Origin: a bacterium
GTDB lineage: Bacteria; Sysuimicrobiota; Sysuimicrobiia; Sysuimicrobiales; Humicultoraceae
Direction: 5' to 3'
Assembly (NCBI GenBank): GCA_041497675.1
Contig: JBGQGY010000075.1
Span: forward strand, 1 to 18,895
Length of the DNA stretch: 18,895 nt
Below, one piece after another: positions 17,035 to 18,895 of this stretch (positions within the stretch are counted from its first letter, which is position 1; each line of letters opens with the position of its first letter). The notes beneath the pieces were generated by a model. That model did no database searches, was not told where the DNA came from, and was given only the letters and a program-made list of their open reading frames with translations. Both the position numbers and the translations under genes were made by a program.

Positions 17035-17874
17035 CTATCCTCCCCTCACCAGATCGTCGTACAAGTCGGGCCGGCGATCGCGCACGAGATCCATCTCGGC
17101 CGTGGCGCGCTGCGCATCGACACCGGCCACGTCGATATCGGCGACCAGGACTTCCTCGTCGGTGTGCGACGCCGGTCCCGCAACGGCCATCCCCGATGCC
17201 GCAAAGATCGCACTGCACCCTAGCGCCCGCACGCGTCCATCGGGTCCGGCGCGGTCGGCACAGGCCACCCCCATGCGGCTCCCATAGGCATGGCCCGCCG
17301 CCAGATAGTTCGCCCCGCACCACCCTCGAGCATCGTAGGGCTCGGGCTTCCCCCGATCGGTCCACGTCGTGGGCACGCACAAGACCTGCGCGCCGTGCAG
17401 CAACAAGATCCGCACCGCTTCCGCGAAGCGCAAGTCGTAGCAGATCAGCACGCCGACGCGTCCCACCGGAGTGTCCCAGATCGGAAAGCCGTTATCCCCC
17501 GGCGTGAAGATGGCGCGCTCGTGATCGTACAGGTGAGCCTTTCGATACACGCCGAGCACCCCGGTGGGTCCGATCATCGCCGCGCTGTTGTACAGACGAT
17601 CGCCCGCGCTCTCGGGCCACCCGGCCACGATGTGCATCCCGGTCTCTCCGGCGAGCGCCGTCCATGCGGTCACACTCGGACCATCCAACGGCTCCGCGTG
17701 ACGCTCGACATCGGCGCGAACCTGAAAATCATACGATATCGTACTAAGTTCCGGCAGCACGCTCAGCGCCGCGCCCCGCGAGGCAGCATCACGCAGCAGA
17801 CGAAGCGATCGATCCCGCATGCGTGCCGGGGCCCTCCAGGGCGCCGCCATCTGGACGACGGCGACCCGACTCAT
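17035..17874 (-). CDS. Carbon-nitrogen hydrolase (nitrilase superfamily, probably an amidase)
   Basis: Glu-Lys-Cys triad in VLPEL, YRKAHL and ICYDLRF; also LYNSA and C-terminal DRRPDLY. Confidence 0.94.
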   Translation of the reverse strand: MSRVAVVQMAAPWRAPARMRDRSLRLLRDAASRGAALSVLPELSTISYDFQVRADVERHAEPLDGPSVTAWTALAGETGMHIVAGWPESAGDRLYNSAAMIGPTGVLGVYRKAHLYDHERAIFTPGDNGFPIWDTPVGRVGVLICYDLRFAEAVRILLLHGAQVLCVPTTWTDRGKPEPYDARGWCGANYLAAGHAYGSRMGVACADRAGPDGRVRALGCSAIFAASGMAVAGPASHTDEEVLVADIDVAGVDAQRATAEMDLVRDRRPDLYDDLVRGG

Positions 17875-18284
17875 CGCGATCTGCGGGGTGGTTGGACGAG
17901 CTCCACCATGTACCCTTCAACCGTTTCCTGCGCCAGGAACGCGATCATCGTATTGGCGGCGCCGGGGCGAGCGTGTTCATCCTGCAAGGCCACTCCACGG
18001 GACTTGAGGGTGTCGAGGGCCGCCTCGATGTCATCGACCTGAAAGGCAATGTGCTGGAGCCCCTCGCCGCGCTCGCGCAACCAGTCGACGCCGAATCCCT
18101 TCTCGCTCAGCGGCTGGACGAGTTCGAGCAGGGTGCCCCCGATCGGGATGAACCCGATCAGCGCCTGCCCGGGCCCGTAGTCTTCCCACGTGGTGACCTC
18201 GAGACCGAACGCGGTGCGAAACCGCTCGGCCGCCGCCCGTGCGTCGCGCACGAGGATACCGATGTGGTGAACGCCTCGGATCAC
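17871..18284 (-). CDS. VOC superfamily protein, methylmalonyl-CoA epimerase-like
   Basis: HHIGILV, LLELVQP, GEGLQHIAFQVDDI and MVELVQ give the His/Glu/His/Glu metal set. GTG start follows GGAGGAG; ATGA overlap with the nitrilase gene. Confidence 0.88.
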   Translation of the reverse strand: MIRGVHHIGILVRDARAAAERFRTAFGLEVTTWEDYGPGQALIGFIPIGGTLLELVQPLSEKGFGVDWLRERGEGLQHIAFQVDDIEAALDTLKSRGVALQDEHARPGAANTMIAFLAQETVEGYMVELVQPPRRSR

Positions 18285-18285
18285 G

Positions 18286-18895
18286 TTACTCCTCCACCCA
18301 GGCGGCGACGCGCGCCGGGCCGCCGTTGCCGCCCTTTACCGGGACGGGCATGGCGATCAGCGTGAACTGCCGCCGGCCGATCTTGTCCAGATTCACCAAA
18401 TTTTCGATCAGACAGACGTTGGCTCCAAGCGTGATCACGTGGACGGGATACTTGGGCTGACCCGCGGGTTTTGGCGGTCCTCCATCGACCGCAAAATCCA
18501 CGGCCAGCGCGCGCGCGCCGGCATCGACGAGCCACTGCGCGGCCTCATTCGACAGGTACGGGTTGTCCTTGTAGAACGAGGCATCGGCCCAGTGTTCCTG
18601 GGCCCACCCACTCCAGAGCACAACGCGCATTCCGCGCAACCCCAACGCGTCCCCGGCCGCAGCCTGCAGCGTCTCAGCCGTGAACGGCCACCCGGGCTTC
18701 GCCGCCGCCCGCAGATCGAGCAGCACCGCGGGGCCGTTGAGCCACTCGAGCGGTACCTGCTCCATCGTCAGGCCCGCTTTGATGAAGTGGAACGGCGCGT
18801 CGATATGGGTCCCGGTGTGGATGCTGAAGGTCGCGTACGCTGTGGAGTACCCTTGGAGTTCGTGGTGGTTGATCGGCACGTAGAAGATCCGAGGG
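18286..18895 (-). CDS. Cyclase family metal-dependent hydrolase (kynurenine formamidase/isatin hydrolase-like), 5' truncated
   Basis: HTGTHIDAPFH matches HxGTHxDxPxH; also LIENLVNL and GGPARVAA. The frame stays open (PRIFY...) to the window edge, so the tracked GTG at 18879 is probably internal. Confidence 0.93.
   Translation of the reverse strand, partial: PRIFYVPINHHELQGYSTAYATFSIHTGTHIDAPFHFIKAGLTMEQVPLEWLNGPAVLLDLRAAAKPGWPFTAETLQAAAGDALGLRGMRVVLWSGWAQEHWADASFYKDNPYLSNEAAQWLVDAGARALAVDFAVDGGPPKPAGQPKYPVHVITLGANVCLIENLVNLDKIGRRQFTLIAMPVPVKGGNGGPARVAAWVEE

Noticed and set aside
17871..18284. True methylmalonyl-CoA epimerase (mce)
   Set aside because: The fold and metal ligands fit, but no mutase or propionyl-CoA carboxylase genes are nearby, so no symbol was assigned.

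Overview
High-GC bacterial chromosomal window, densely coding, with no rRNA, tRNA, CRISPR array or transposase visible. From left to right: (1) the 3' end of a DppC/OppC-type permease; (2) a minus-strand vapBC toxin-antitoxin pair with a palindromic operator, whose toxin appears to need a CTG start; (3) a minus-strand three-gene signalling unit (small His/Gly/Tyr-rich membrane protein, OmpR-family regulator, intramembrane-type histidine kinase), preceded by an 11-bp-periodic direct repeat and a nested anti-Shine-Dalgarno inverted repeat; (4) an M24-fold hydrolase lacking several metal ligands plus an M81/MlrC-family hydrolase, divergent from (5) a five-gene HAAT (Liv-type) ABC importer with a Tat-exported binding protein and a cupin; (6) converging on it, a tightly coupled minus-strand operon: cyclase (partial), VOC protein, nitrilase-family hydrolase, atypical SDR, two divergent xanthine-dehydrogenase-family molybdopterin large subunits and DUF427. 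The best candidate for an undescribed system is this operon, inferred to catabolise an N-heterocyclic compound by two successive Mo-dependent hydroxylations followed by hydrolysis. The substrate cannot be read from the sequence. All family assignments rest on motifs recognised by eye; no searches were run.
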